Below are positions 43,873 through 52,768 of a stretch of 64,000 nucleotides of DNA, one piece after another (the first letter of the stretch is position 1; each line of letters opens with the position of its first letter). The position numbers and the translations under genes were made by a program. Under the pieces are notes generated by a model that worked only from the letters and a program-made list of their open reading frames with translations, was not told the DNA's origin and ran no database searches. Where the stretch lies: positions 9,459 to 73,458 of the forward strand of contig DATLQX010000150.1 of assembly GCA_035534995.1 (NCBI GenBank), read 5' to 3'. Source of the stretch: Chloroflexota bacterium. Its GTDB lineage: Bacteria; Chloroflexota; UBA5177; JANWHV01.

Positions 43873-44547
43873 TCATTCGGCGTGGCTGTCTGAGCCAGCG
43901 AGTTCATCCCCGGTCAAGATCCGAGCCACCGCGTCGTAGGCCGCCTCAGTCCCCTCGCCCAGTGCGGTGTCAAGGACGCCGGAATCCACGGCTTCCCGCC
44001 AGCGCCGAGCCCGCTCCAACGGATCGGGTTCCGCCAGGCGCAGTTCCGCGCGCAGAGTTGCGAGGCGATCAAGTATTTCGCCCAGACGCTCCGGCAGCGC
44101 GGTCTCGATTCGCCGGCGGAGCGCCGCCGTGACCGCCGGTGCGGCCCCGCCACTGTGCAGAGCCACCACTAAGCGTCCCCGGCGCGCTGTCGCCATGAAC
44201 ACACAGTTCCCCAGGTCCGGATCGGAGGCCACGCAGGTGAGGACCGAGCCGCCGGCGGCTTCCCGCGCTACCTCGGTGTCCACAATCGGGTTGCCGGTCG
44301 CAGCCATGACCAGAAACGCGCCTATGCAATCCCCCGGCTCGAATGGACGGCCCACATGCTCGCAGCGCCCAAGAGTCACCAGATCCCGCAAGGACGGATC
44401 CAGAGACGGAGCCACCACCGTGACGCGAGCGCCCCCGGCCAGCAAAACCGGCACCCGCCGAGCCGCCACCGAGCCGCCTCCGACACACACGCAACGGACT
44501 CCCGCCAGGCGGACCCCAAGCGGCACCAACGCCAGGTTGTCGTTCAT
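43873..44547 (-). CDS. sirC: Precorrin-2 dehydrogenase / sirohydrochlorin ferrochelatase (CysG N-terminal domain / SirC-Met8 family)
   Basis: It is collinear with the CysG N-domain: VCVGGGSVAARRVPVLLAGGARVTVVAP, LVMAATGNPIVD, VALHSGGAAPAVTAALRRRIETALPERLG and RRWREAV. ATG 44547 lies 19 nt after the upstream stop. Confidence 0.85.
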   Translation of the reverse strand: MNDNLALVPLGVRLAGVRCVCVGGGSVAARRVPVLLAGGARVTVVAPSLDPSLRDLVTLGRCEHVGRPFEPGDCIGAFLVMAATGNPIVDTEVAREAAGGSVLTCVASDPDLGNCVFMATARRGRLVVALHSGGAAPAVTAALRRRIETALPERLGEILDRLATLRAELRLAEPDPLERARRWREAVDSGVLDTALGEGTEAAYDAVARILTGDELAGSDSHAE

Positions 44548-44566
44548 CCTCAACCGATCATGACCT

Positions 44567-45676
44567 TCACGTCGCCAGTACTTTTCGATATGCTGCCACC
44601 GTACGCTCCGCGATCGCGGCCTGGGTGAAACACTCCAGCACTCGCTGCCGCCCGGAAGTGCTGAGCTGGGCGCGAAACGCGGGATCGTGATAAAGGCGCT
44701 TGAGGGCGGCCCGAAGTGCCTGGACATCATTCTCGGGGACGATCAGCCCGCTGTCGCCGATCACTTGAGGAATCTCGCCGGAGTCGGATCCGATCACCGG
44801 CACGCCGCAGGCCATCGCTTCCACGAACATGCGCCCGAATTGCTCCTTCCAGCGCGGGGTCGTGAGACTGGGACCAACCAGAACGTCGAAGCCCCGGTAT
44901 ACCTCGGGCATAGCCGTGGACGCGACCTGACCGGCGAAGGTCACCCGCGCCTCCACCCCCAACCCGTGCACATACTCAGCGTCATTATCCCGCCCAGGGC
45001 CGCTCCCCACGACCACCAGCCTCCAGTCAGCGGCCAGTCCAGCCAGGGCGTCGAGGAGCACCCGCAAACCCTTGGCCGGAATCAATCGGCCGACAAAGCC
45101 CACCGTGAACGGCTGCCGCTCAATGCCTGCGCCTACGGGGACTGGCCGGAAGAACTCCGGATCGGTACCGAATTGGGGCACTACCTCCTCCACACCCTTA
45201 AGCCCCTTGCGGCGCACGATGGCCGCCGCGTCCGCGTTTCCGGCCAGGCAAAGCGCGGCATGGCGGAGCACCTGCTTCTCCATCCAACCGAAAGGCGGAG
45301 GATAGCGACGGGGAATATTCTGCCAGGTGAAGAAGGCCAACGGTATCCCACGTTTCCGCGCCGCGCGCAGAGCTAGCCAGGTCGAGAGGTTGTATGCTTC
45401 CTCGTCAAAGTGCAACAGATCTGGTTTCACCTGGTCTAGTAGTCGGCCCAGGCCAGGGTAATAATGGAAGTGGTAGTGACCGTTGAAGCGCATAGGCACA
45501 ACCTTCAAGGTATATCCGGCGCCAAAACCGCGCTCCAGTCGCCAATCATGACCTTTCTCGCGCCAGAATGGAGGAACGGCTACCGTAAGATCTATATCCG
45601 GCTGGGCGGCAATTTCCTCAAGTTTGCGCTGGTAGGTGCCTACCACCAGCGCCTTGGATACCATCAGCACCTTCAT
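44567..45676 (-). CDS. Family 4 glycosyltransferase
   Basis: MKVLMVSKALVVGTYQRKLEE, GFVGRLIPAKG and the EX7E region EQFGRMFVEAMACGVPVIGSDSGEIPQVI are present. Confidence 0.85.
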   Translation of the reverse strand: MKVLMVSKALVVGTYQRKLEEIAAQPDIDLTVAVPPFWREKGHDWRLERGFGAGYTLKVVPMRFNGHYHFHYYPGLGRLLDQVKPDLLHFDEEAYNLSTWLALRAARKRGIPLAFFTWQNIPRRYPPPFGWMEKQVLRHAALCLAGNADAAAIVRRKGLKGVEEVVPQFGTDPEFFRPVPVGAGIERQPFTVGFVGRLIPAKGLRVLLDALAGLAADWRLVVVGSGPGRDNDAEYVHGLGVEARVTFAGQVASTAMPEVYRGFDVLVGPSLTTPRWKEQFGRMFVEAMACGVPVIGSDSGEIPQVIGDSGLIVPENDVQALRAALKRLYHDPAFRAQLSTSGRQRVLECFTQAAIAERTVAAYRKVLAT

Positions 45677-46845
45677 GCACCCACCGAGGCGATGATCTCA
45701 ACCACCCGCGACCCCGTGTCCGCCCAGCGAAAGCTGAGGGCCCGCGCCGACCCACGCCGGCTGAGATCCGCGCGTAGGCCGGAGTCGCCGGCCAATCGCG
45801 CGATAGCCTTCGCCCAGCCCTCCGTATCGTCCGGACCAACCAGCAACCCGGCATCACCGACCGCCTCGGGCAAACTCGTGGCGTTGGAACAGATGGTTGG
45901 AGCGCCACAGGCCATGGCCTCCAGAGGCGTGAGGCCAAAGCCCTCGGCCCGCGAGGGGAAGCAGAAGACCTGAGCCCCTCGATACACCGCCGCGAGATCC
46001 TCCTCGGCTACTCGCGCGATAAAGTGAACTCTGCCTTCCAGGCCAAGGCGCCGCGCCTGAGCGCGCCAATCGGGGAACAAGTCCGACTGTCCCGCTTTTG
46101 GTTCGCCCGCCACGATTACCAGCGTGGGGATCTCGGCATCATCGGGCAGCAAGGCGATCGCCCTTAAGAGAATGCCTATATTCTTCCGCGCATCCGCTCC
46201 CCCCAGATAGAGGAGATAGCGATCAGGCAAGCGGTACCGTCCCTCAATCCGAGACCGTGCCACCGGATCCGGGGTCGGGGAAAATGCTCCATCCACGCCT
46301 GGGTTGACCACCTGTACGCGACCACCAGGGACATCCAACAAGCGTTCGATCTCTCCTTTGGCATGGAGCGAGAGGGTGATCACCGCCGTGGCCTGACGGG
46401 CGGCCCGTCCTACCAGGGCGAAATAGGCGCGGGTAGCAGGGCTGCCGGCATAGACGGGGTCGCTGTAGGGGATCATATCGTGCACGCTGATTACGGTAGG
46501 TCGGCCAGGAAAGATCGGCATACTGAAGTGCGGCGAATACCACACGTCGGCACCGACCCGCCAAGCCGCCATCCGGAATCCCACCTGCTCCCAGAACAGT
46601 TTGTCCCCGTAGCCGCCGAGCGGAACCGGGAAACGCGGCGAGCGCACTGCCCGCAGCCGGTCACCACCACTGGCGGGCTTCTCGGTCGATGCGTCCAATA
46701 CCAGGGTGGTCCGGACGTCGGTCCGCGCGGCGAGGGCGGCGATCACCTCCCGAGCGTAGCGCGCGGTTCCGGTATGGGGAAATTGAAGAGAGTAACCGGA
46801 GACTGCCACGCGCAGTGGTCGCGGATGTCTGGCGCGCTCCTCCAT
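45673..46845 (-). CDS. Family 4 glycosyltransferase
   Basis: LRVAVSGYSL, LLYLGGADARKN and EGFGLTPLEAMACGAPTICSNATSLPEAVGDAG are present. It overlaps the downstream gene by 4 nt and abuts the upstream stop (TAG-ATG). Confidence 0.85.
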   Translation of the reverse strand: MEERARHPRPLRVAVSGYSLQFPHTGTARYAREVIAALAARTDVRTTLVLDASTEKPASGGDRLRAVRSPRFPVPLGGYGDKLFWEQVGFRMAAWRVGADVWYSPHFSMPIFPGRPTVISVHDMIPYSDPVYAGSPATRAYFALVGRAARQATAVITLSLHAKGEIERLLDVPGGRVQVVNPGVDGAFSPTPDPVARSRIEGRYRLPDRYLLYLGGADARKNIGILLRAIALLPDDAEIPTLVIVAGEPKAGQSDLFPDWRAQARRLGLEGRVHFIARVAEEDLAAVYRGAQVFCFPSRAEGFGLTPLEAMACGAPTICSNATSLPEAVGDAGLLVGPDDTEGWAKAIARLAGDSGLRADLSRRGSARALSFRWADTGSRVVEIIASVGA

Positions 46846-48006
46846 CTAGGCCGCCGCCGTTTTGAAGGCAGCCAACGCTACCCTGGCGGAGCTTTCCCAG
46901 GTATAGGCGCGGGCCCGGGCCTGTCCCGCCACACAAAGGCGCGCGCGCGCATCCTCATCGGTCAGCACGGCCTCCAGGGCGGCGCTCATGCCATCAAGGT
47001 CGAGAGGATCAAACCGCGCCGCGGCCTCGTCCAGTACCTCGGACAGGGCTCCACCGGTCGACGAGGCAACAGGGATGCCGCATGCCATGGCCTCTAGAGG
47101 AGGGATGCCGAAACCTTCGTAGAGCGACGCGCAGACAAAAGCCCCCGCCCCGCGATACAGCGTTGGTAGGTCGCGGTCGAGGACGCGGGTAAAGAAGCGC
47201 ACCCAGGGTCCGATTCCGAGGCGGGCCACCTCGCGAAAGATCGGCTCGAACCGCCAGCCTTCCCGCCCGGCAATCACCAAGATCGGACAGGGACGTGAGT
47301 AAAGCCGTCGCGCCCATCGCGACCGGAGCATCGCGTACGCCCCCAGGAGGCGAACCAGATTCTTCCGTGGTTCGAGGGTGCCTACGGTCAGCAAATATCC
47401 CGGTTGGAGCTGGAATGGTACCACGCGCCGATTCTCCTGTTCCCTTGCATCCAAGGTCATCATCGGGGTGAAGCGAGCGTCCACCGCGTTTCCCACCACG
47501 ACAATCCGTTCGGGTGCCACCCCCAGGAGATTGGTCAGCGCCGTAGCGGTTGTATGAGATACCGCGAGCACCAGGGATGCCTGCTCAAGCGACCGCGGCA
47601 CGATTTTCTCCAGATAGCGGCGCAAGCCATCATCGGCGCACTCCGGAAACAAGAGGAATGAGAGGTCGTGCACGGTTAGGATCGACGGGAGTCTCCCAAC
47701 CGCCGGCAGGGCATAGTCAGGGGTGACGAATAGGCCCGCCCCTCTCACCAGCCGCGCGGGTGATGGTCGGAGGCGAGCCCGTTGCCAGGTGATGGTGGCC
47801 AGGCGTTCGCTGACCGGTAGTCGCAGCCAGCGATGATGCCTGGGCAGTTCGTGGGCCGGCACCTCAATGCGGGCTCGACCGGTGGTCTGAAGATAATACT
47901 CGTTATCGGGGTCCGCCGTCGCCAATCCGGACAGCAGCCCACGGGCAAAGCGGCCCACCCCCGCTTGCTGGCGCACGGCGGCGGTAGCATCCATCACAAT
48001 CCGCAT
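46846..48006 (-). CDS. Family 4 glycosyltransferase
   Basis: MRIVMDATAAVRQQAGVGRF, LLTVGTLEPRKN and EGFGIPPLEAMACGIPVASSTGGALSEVL are present. It abuts the upstream stop (TAG-ATG). Confidence 0.85.
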   Translation of the reverse strand: MRIVMDATAAVRQQAGVGRFARGLLSGLATADPDNEYYLQTTGRARIEVPAHELPRHHRWLRLPVSERLATITWQRARLRPSPARLVRGAGLFVTPDYALPAVGRLPSILTVHDLSFLLFPECADDGLRRYLEKIVPRSLEQASLVLAVSHTTATALTNLLGVAPERIVVVGNAVDARFTPMMTLDAREQENRRVVPFQLQPGYLLTVGTLEPRKNLVRLLGAYAMLRSRWARRLYSRPCPILVIAGREGWRFEPIFREVARLGIGPWVRFFTRVLDRDLPTLYRGAGAFVCASLYEGFGIPPLEAMACGIPVASSTGGALSEVLDEAAARFDPLDLDGMSAALEAVLTDEDARARLCVAGQARARAYTWESSARVALAAFKTAAA

Positions 48007-49176
48007 CTAACCGACCGAGCTTGCCTGCCGAGCCCCGAGGGGAGCATCGCCGCCACCGGTGCCGGCACCGTTCCGAGGGGAAGCCACCGCCTGCCGGGTC
48101 TTTTTGCTTACGATATAGAGGATGAAGCCGATGATCACGATGCTCAAGTAGCTGATGATCCGATCCAGCAGGGCCACCGCTGCTGCCTGTCCCCCCGTGG
48201 AGCCGGCCTTCAAAGTCTTGATTGAGGCGATTAAGAAGGTCTCCACGAACCCTAACCCACCGGGAGCGAGCGGAAGGGTGGTAATCACCGAGGAGCCCAG
48301 CGCGAGGAAAAGTGCGGCACTGGGACCAAGCTTTCCCGGCTCGGTCAGACCGAGCGAGGCCAACACCAGGTACAGGCGGCCACCCTCGCAGGACCAGACG
48401 AGAATGGTCAAGCCAAAAAGCGGCAGGAGATCGCGGCGCACACTATGCAGGGCGCCCTCGCGGAAGGCGTGGTACATCCGCCGCACCCGCCGGGGCAGGA
48501 GGTTGTGGAGGTGGTCACCGAGTTTCCACAGCACGAGTACCACCACCAGCGCGAAGAGACCGAGCCCCAGAGCCCCGAAAAGGACATAGCGGAGGGCGCT
48601 GTCGGCAAGGAGCCGATCTCGGAAGGTCAAGAGCGCGGCGGCGAGGAGCAGAGGGAAGAGCACTAGCAAATCCAGCACCCGTTCGGCGAGAATCGTGCCC
48701 ACCGTCCTTGATGCCGAAATCCCTACCCAACCTCGCGTAAGGTAGGCCCGATAGACATCGCCCAACTTGGCGGGTATGACGCAATTCGCGAACCAGGAGA
48801 GGTAGAGAATTTCCAGCAGATCGAAAAAAGATGCCTTTTGCAGGCGCTCGGCATCGACACCGGTATTCGCGTTCCGCATCAGGATGCGCCAGCGAATGGT
48901 TCTCAAGGGGAAGGAGACATAGTAGACGAGGAAGGCCGCCACATAGAGCACCGGATTTACCTGCCGTAGGGCGTCCTTGAGATCGGTAACACTGACCCCA
49001 CTTTTGCTGAGCGCCACAATGAGGATAATCAGGGCAAAAGTAAACGAGGCAACGGTGCGCCAATTGGCGAACTTCCGCCCAAGATCCACCTTCTGCGCGA
49101 TTTCGCCATCCGAGATTTCCAGCTCGTCATCCGAACCGGCCTCAAGCAGATCGTCCGATTGCTGCTCCGTCGTCAT
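48007..49176 (-). CDS. Lysylphosphatidylglycerol-synthase-TM-like (UPF0104, flippase-like) membrane protein
   Basis: An acidic N-terminus is followed by ~8 TM helices. PLRTIRWRILM and the Gly-rich C-terminal helices LPLAPGGLGFVE are as in the LPG_synthase_TM family often paired with glycosyltransferases. Confidence 0.7.
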   Translation of the reverse strand: MTTEQQSDDLLEAGSDDELEISDGEIAQKVDLGRKFANWRTVASFTFALIILIVALSKSGVSVTDLKDALRQVNPVLYVAAFLVYYVSFPLRTIRWRILMRNANTGVDAERLQKASFFDLLEILYLSWFANCVIPAKLGDVYRAYLTRGWVGISASRTVGTILAERVLDLLVLFPLLLAAALLTFRDRLLADSALRYVLFGALGLGLFALVVVLVLWKLGDHLHNLLPRRVRRMYHAFREGALHSVRRDLLPLFGLTILVWSCEGGRLYLVLASLGLTEPGKLGPSAALFLALGSSVITTLPLAPGGLGFVETFLIASIKTLKAGSTGGQAAAVALLDRIISYLSIVIIGFILYIVSKKTRQAVASPRNGAGTGGGDAPLGARQASSVG

Positions 49177-49263
49177 ACCCTGTTCCGTTCATCGCCGGCC
49201 ATCCCGCCCGAGCGAGTGCCGAGCCGCGTGTCATCCGCCATTAATCATCCCATACTGCGCGCA

Positions 49264-50289
49264 TCAGTGCCCGATTAGCCCTGGGGTAGCCGGAGTGTCG
49301 GTCGTCTCCGCGCTTGCGGCAGTTGACAACACGCGAGGTTGGAACCAGGCAATCGTGTCACGCAGACCCTCCTCGAGCGACACCGTGGGCCGCCAACCTA
49401 ATATTTGGATCGCTTTGTCGATCACGGGCTGGCGACGGCTCGGGTCATCAACGGGCAGGTCACTCCATTTCAGCTGAGGACTGGGCACTCCGCAGAGCCG
49501 CGCCACGATCTCGCCAAACTCCAGGATGGTGTGCTCCTCGGGATTTCCGAGATTGAACACCTCACCTCCCACGCCCGGAGTGAACATGGCCGCGATCAAT
49601 CCCGCCACCAGATCACTCACGTAGCAAAAGCTCCGAGTCTGGGCACCACTGCCATAGATGCTCATCGGTTCGCGGCGGAGGGCCTGCCCGACAAAGTTGG
49701 GCACGACCCGCCCGTCGTCAATACGTGAGTGCGGGCCATAGGTATTGAAAATGCGCACGATGCGGCCGTCCAGACCGAACGAGCGCCCATATTCCGCCGT
49801 CAGGGCCTCGCCATACCGTTTCCCCTCGTCGTAGCAGCTGCGGGGCCCATTGGGATTGACGTTTCCCCAGTAGGTCTCTGGCTGCGGGTGTACCAACGGA
49901 TCTCCATAGATCTCCGATGTCGATGTATAGAGGAAACGGGCCTGTTGCCTCCGAGCCAGCTCAAGCATGCGATGGGTGCCCTGGCCGTTTACCAATAAGG
50001 TCTCCAGCGGCAGACGGAGATAATCGACTACGCTGGCTGGACTGGCCAGGTGAAACACGTAGCGGTACGGGTGATCGGCACCGTCGACGGCCAGCCGCTC
50101 GGAGTCAAGGCCGAGAATGTCAATGGGGAGAAAGTGGAATCGTGGATGAGAGAGGAGAGCCGAGATATTGTCCCGCGATCCCGTGGAGAGGTTATCCGCG
50201 CAGACCACGAAGAAATCCCGCTCAAGAAGGGCCGCGCAGAGATGCGAGCCGATGAATCCCGCGCCTCCACTCACCAACAGGTATTCCAC
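49264..50289 (-). CDS. UDP-glucuronate decarboxylase (UDP-xylose synthase)-like SDR
   Basis: LVSGGAGFIGSHLC, TSTSEIYGDP and the UXS-type catalytic segment RSCYDEGKRYGEAL are present. Confidence 0.85.
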   Translation of the reverse strand: MEYLLVSGGAGFIGSHLCAALLERDFFVVCADNLSTGSRDNISALLSHPRFHFLPIDILGLDSERLAVDGADHPYRYVFHLASPASVVDYLRLPLETLLVNGQGTHRMLELARRQQARFLYTSTSEIYGDPLVHPQPETYWGNVNPNGPRSCYDEGKRYGEALTAEYGRSFGLDGRIVRIFNTYGPHSRIDDGRVVPNFVGQALRREPMSIYGSGAQTRSFCYVSDLVAGLIAAMFTPGVGGEVFNLGNPEEHTILEFGEIVARLCGVPSPQLKWSDLPVDDPSRRQPVIDKAIQILGWRPTVSLEEGLRDTIAWFQPRVLSTAASAETTDTPATPGLIGH

Positions 50290-50373
50290 TCAGGCTACCC
50301 TTTCTAGGAAAGAGTGATCAGTCATGATGGGCAGCCGGCGCCGGACGGCCGCCGGTTTGGGACCATACATGTG

Positions 50374-50841
50374 TTATTGCTCGGTAAGCCAGGGATCGAT
50401 AGCCCGGCGGTAGTCCGAAATTTCCTCGGAGCGGAAATAGAGGGCAATCTCATGATTCGCGGACTCGACCGAATCGGAACCATGGACCAGGTTGCGGCTG
50501 ATTTCCAGGGCGAAGTCACCGCGGATCGTTCCCACGGCCGCCTCAGCCGGATTGGTCGCCCCAATCGTGGCCCGCGCCACGGCCACCGCATTGGGGCCCT
50601 CGAACACGGCCACTACCACGGGCGCTGAACCAATGTATTCCACCAGTCCGCTAAAGAACGGCTTTCCCTTGTGAACCGCGTAATGCCGCTCGGCCAGGCT
50701 CCGGTCGATACGCATGAGCCGAAGTGCCGCCACGCGAAGCCCACGAGCTTCCAATTTACCTAGCACGGTGCCGATCAAACCTCGGTGCACCGCGTCGGGC
50801 TTCACGATGATCAACGTCTTTTGGATGGTGTTTTCCGCCAT
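50374..50841 (-). CDS. ndk: Nucleoside diphosphate kinase
   Basis: TLIIVKPDAVHRGLIG, GATNPAEAAVGTIRGDFA and NLVHGSDS (catalytic His) are present. Confidence 0.95.
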   Translation of the reverse strand: MAENTIQKTLIIVKPDAVHRGLIGTVLGKLEARGLRVAALRLMRIDRSLAERHYAVHKGKPFFSGLVEYIGSAPVVVAVFEGPNAVAVARATIGATNPAEAAVGTIRGDFALEISRNLVHGSDSVESANHEIALYFRSEEISDYRRAIDPWLTEQ

Positions 50842-50859
50842 ATATTCCTCTTAAGTCAA

Positions 50860-51189
50860 CTAGGATCCGATGTGCAACGTCTGGCGAATTTCCAGGCGAA
50901 GCACCCCAAGGTTGGTATCCGGTTCGGTGGACACCAGTAACATGGCATCTGGGAGCTGGGCCACATGGAGAGCGCCTTGCTCTCCCTCGATGGTAATAGT
51001 CACCGGATCGTTGAATATGGGAAGACTCGATTGCAGATCACGCAGCGCCCGGCCCAGGCCGGCGGCCGAGGCGCCGAGCACGGGCTGTCGACTCGAACTC
51101 TCCAGTAGTTCCCCTCCAGGGCCGCATAGGGTGGCCTCGATCACGCCGTCCAGGCGCCCAATGGCCTCGACCTCTTGCTTTCCCGCCAT
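50860..51189 (-). CDS. Roadblock/LC7 (MglB-like) domain protein
   Basis: 109 aa. The pattern LDGVIEATLCGPGGELLESS...ITIEGEQGALHVAQLPDAMLLVSTEPDTNLGVLRLEI fits the Robl/LC7 alpha-beta-alpha fold. AGGTGA lies upstream of the ATG. Confidence 0.5.
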   Translation of the reverse strand: MAGKQEVEAIGRLDGVIEATLCGPGGELLESSSRQPVLGASAAGLGRALRDLQSSLPIFNDPVTITIEGEQGALHVAQLPDAMLLVSTEPDTNLGVLRLEIRQTLHIGS

Positions 51190-51237
51190 GGCTCACCTAC
51201 CCATTCTTTCCGTTTGCGAGTGCGGCGACGTCTCCGG

Positions 51238-52521
51238 CTATCCCAGCCGAAGAGCCGACTCGAGACCACGAGCCCCACCACTGGGTCCCAAGGCTGCCAG
51301 CCTCAAATACTCATCCCGAAAGCAGTCCCCCGCCAGGCGCTGAATGTCGGCGCGGGAAACGCGATCGAGGGCCGCGCACACGTCTTCGGGCAAGAGTATC
51401 TCACCATGGAGTTGTTGCTGCTCGCCGCACCAACCGGCCACGCTCTGAGTATCCTCCAAGCCAAGGAGGAGTCTTCCCTTGCAATAGTCCTTCACTTTTT
51501 CCAGTTCGGCCTCCGGCACCGGTTCGTCCCGCAGCCGGGTAAGCTGCCGCAGTACCTCCGCCACCACGTCCCGGCAATTCTCCGGATCCACGGCCACGTA
51601 GGTCACCAGCGATCCCGTGTCGGCCAGCTTACTGTTATAGGTGTGAATGTCGTACGCGAGCGCGTTTCGCTCGCGCACCTCCACGAAGAGGCGAGAGCTC
51701 ATCCCTCCGCCCAGGATGGCCGTCAGCAAATCAAACGCGAAGCGATCGGCGGAGCGGTGCGACACTCCGGCGGTGGCCAGACAAAGATTTACCTGCTCGG
51801 TTTCTCGCGTTTCATAAAGAAGCGATGGCCTGCCGCCCGCATAGGCCGCGGACTCCGGCGCTGGGAGGGCATGGGAGTCGGGCCGCCAATGACCGAACAT
51901 CCGCTCGGCCAGATCCAGAGCCACGTCGGTCTCGATGGCCCCCGCCATGGAGAGAACCACATTCTCCGGCTGGTAGGTTCTATCCTTGAAGGCCAGAACG
52001 CGCGCCCGTGTCAGCGCGGCAATACTTTCCCTGGTTCCCAGCACGTCGCGGCCCACGGGCGAGCCAGGCCAGCACTGCTCATCGATTAAGCTGTGCACCC
52101 AATCCTGGGGCGCGTCGAGCGACATGCTCAACTCTTCCAGCACCACCCGCCGCTCTTTCTCCATATCGGAGGCATCCAGGCGACTATGGAGCACCATGTC
52201 AGCCAGGAGATCGCAGGCGGTCACCGCCTGGGCACCGCTGACGCGCGCCCAGAGGGTAGTAAGCTCCTTGTCGGTGCCGGCATTGATCATGCCGCCCACT
52301 CGCTCAATGGTTTCCGAGATCGCTTCGGCGCTTGGTCTCCGGGTCGTGCCCTTGAAAAGCAAGTGTTCAATAAGGTGGGCGCTGCCGGCGTCGGTCGGTT
52401 GTTCATGGCGAGAGCCAACCCCGATCCCCACCGAAATGGCGACCGAATACATGCCGGGCATGGGAGCCGCTATCACCTGTATCCCATTGTCCAGCCGGGC
52501 GAGGGAAAACTTCATCACCAT
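51238..52521 (-). CDS. M16 family zinc peptidase (pitrilysin/insulinase-like)
   Basis: The inverted zinc motif HLIEHLLFKGT (HxxEH) and a downstream Glu region (RVVLEE) are present. The architecture is two-domain M16. Confidence 0.85.
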   Translation of the reverse strand: MVMKFSLARLDNGIQVIAAPMPGMYSVAISVGIGVGSRHEQPTDAGSAHLIEHLLFKGTTRRPSAEAISETIERVGGMINAGTDKELTTLWARVSGAQAVTACDLLADMVLHSRLDASDMEKERRVVLEELSMSLDAPQDWVHSLIDEQCWPGSPVGRDVLGTRESIAALTRARVLAFKDRTYQPENVVLSMAGAIETDVALDLAERMFGHWRPDSHALPAPESAAYAGGRPSLLYETRETEQVNLCLATAGVSHRSADRFAFDLLTAILGGGMSSRLFVEVRERNALAYDIHTYNSKLADTGSLVTYVAVDPENCRDVVAEVLRQLTRLRDEPVPEAELEKVKDYCKGRLLLGLEDTQSVAGWCGEQQQLHGEILLPEDVCAALDRVSRADIQRLAGDCFRDEYLRLAALGPSGGARGLESALRLG

Positions 52522-52643
52522 CCATAAGTTGGGCCATGAAACGGACGCACATAAGTTACCATGTCAGCCTCAAGGCCGACATGGTCCGATGCACACTATA
52601 CAGGTGCCCGAGGTTCACTGCCAATTCCCCACCTGGATTCGCC

Positions 52644-52673
52644 TTGACGCGAAGGAGCATGCCTGCTTACGAT
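52644..52673 (+). promoter_or_regulatory. Candidate sigma-70-type promoter for the LCP gene
   Basis: TTGACG (52644-52649), an 18-nt spacer, then TACGAT (52668-52673), about 95 nt upstream of GTG 52769. This is a sequence match only. Confidence 0.3.
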
Positions 52674-52768
52674 AAGCGGCGTGGGCCACGCGCGGAGGAA
52701 TTCTCTACCGTCCTGCCCGTGCCGGCGTTGCCGTAGCGTTGAAGTCTAGAGCAAAGAGTCAAGAATAG

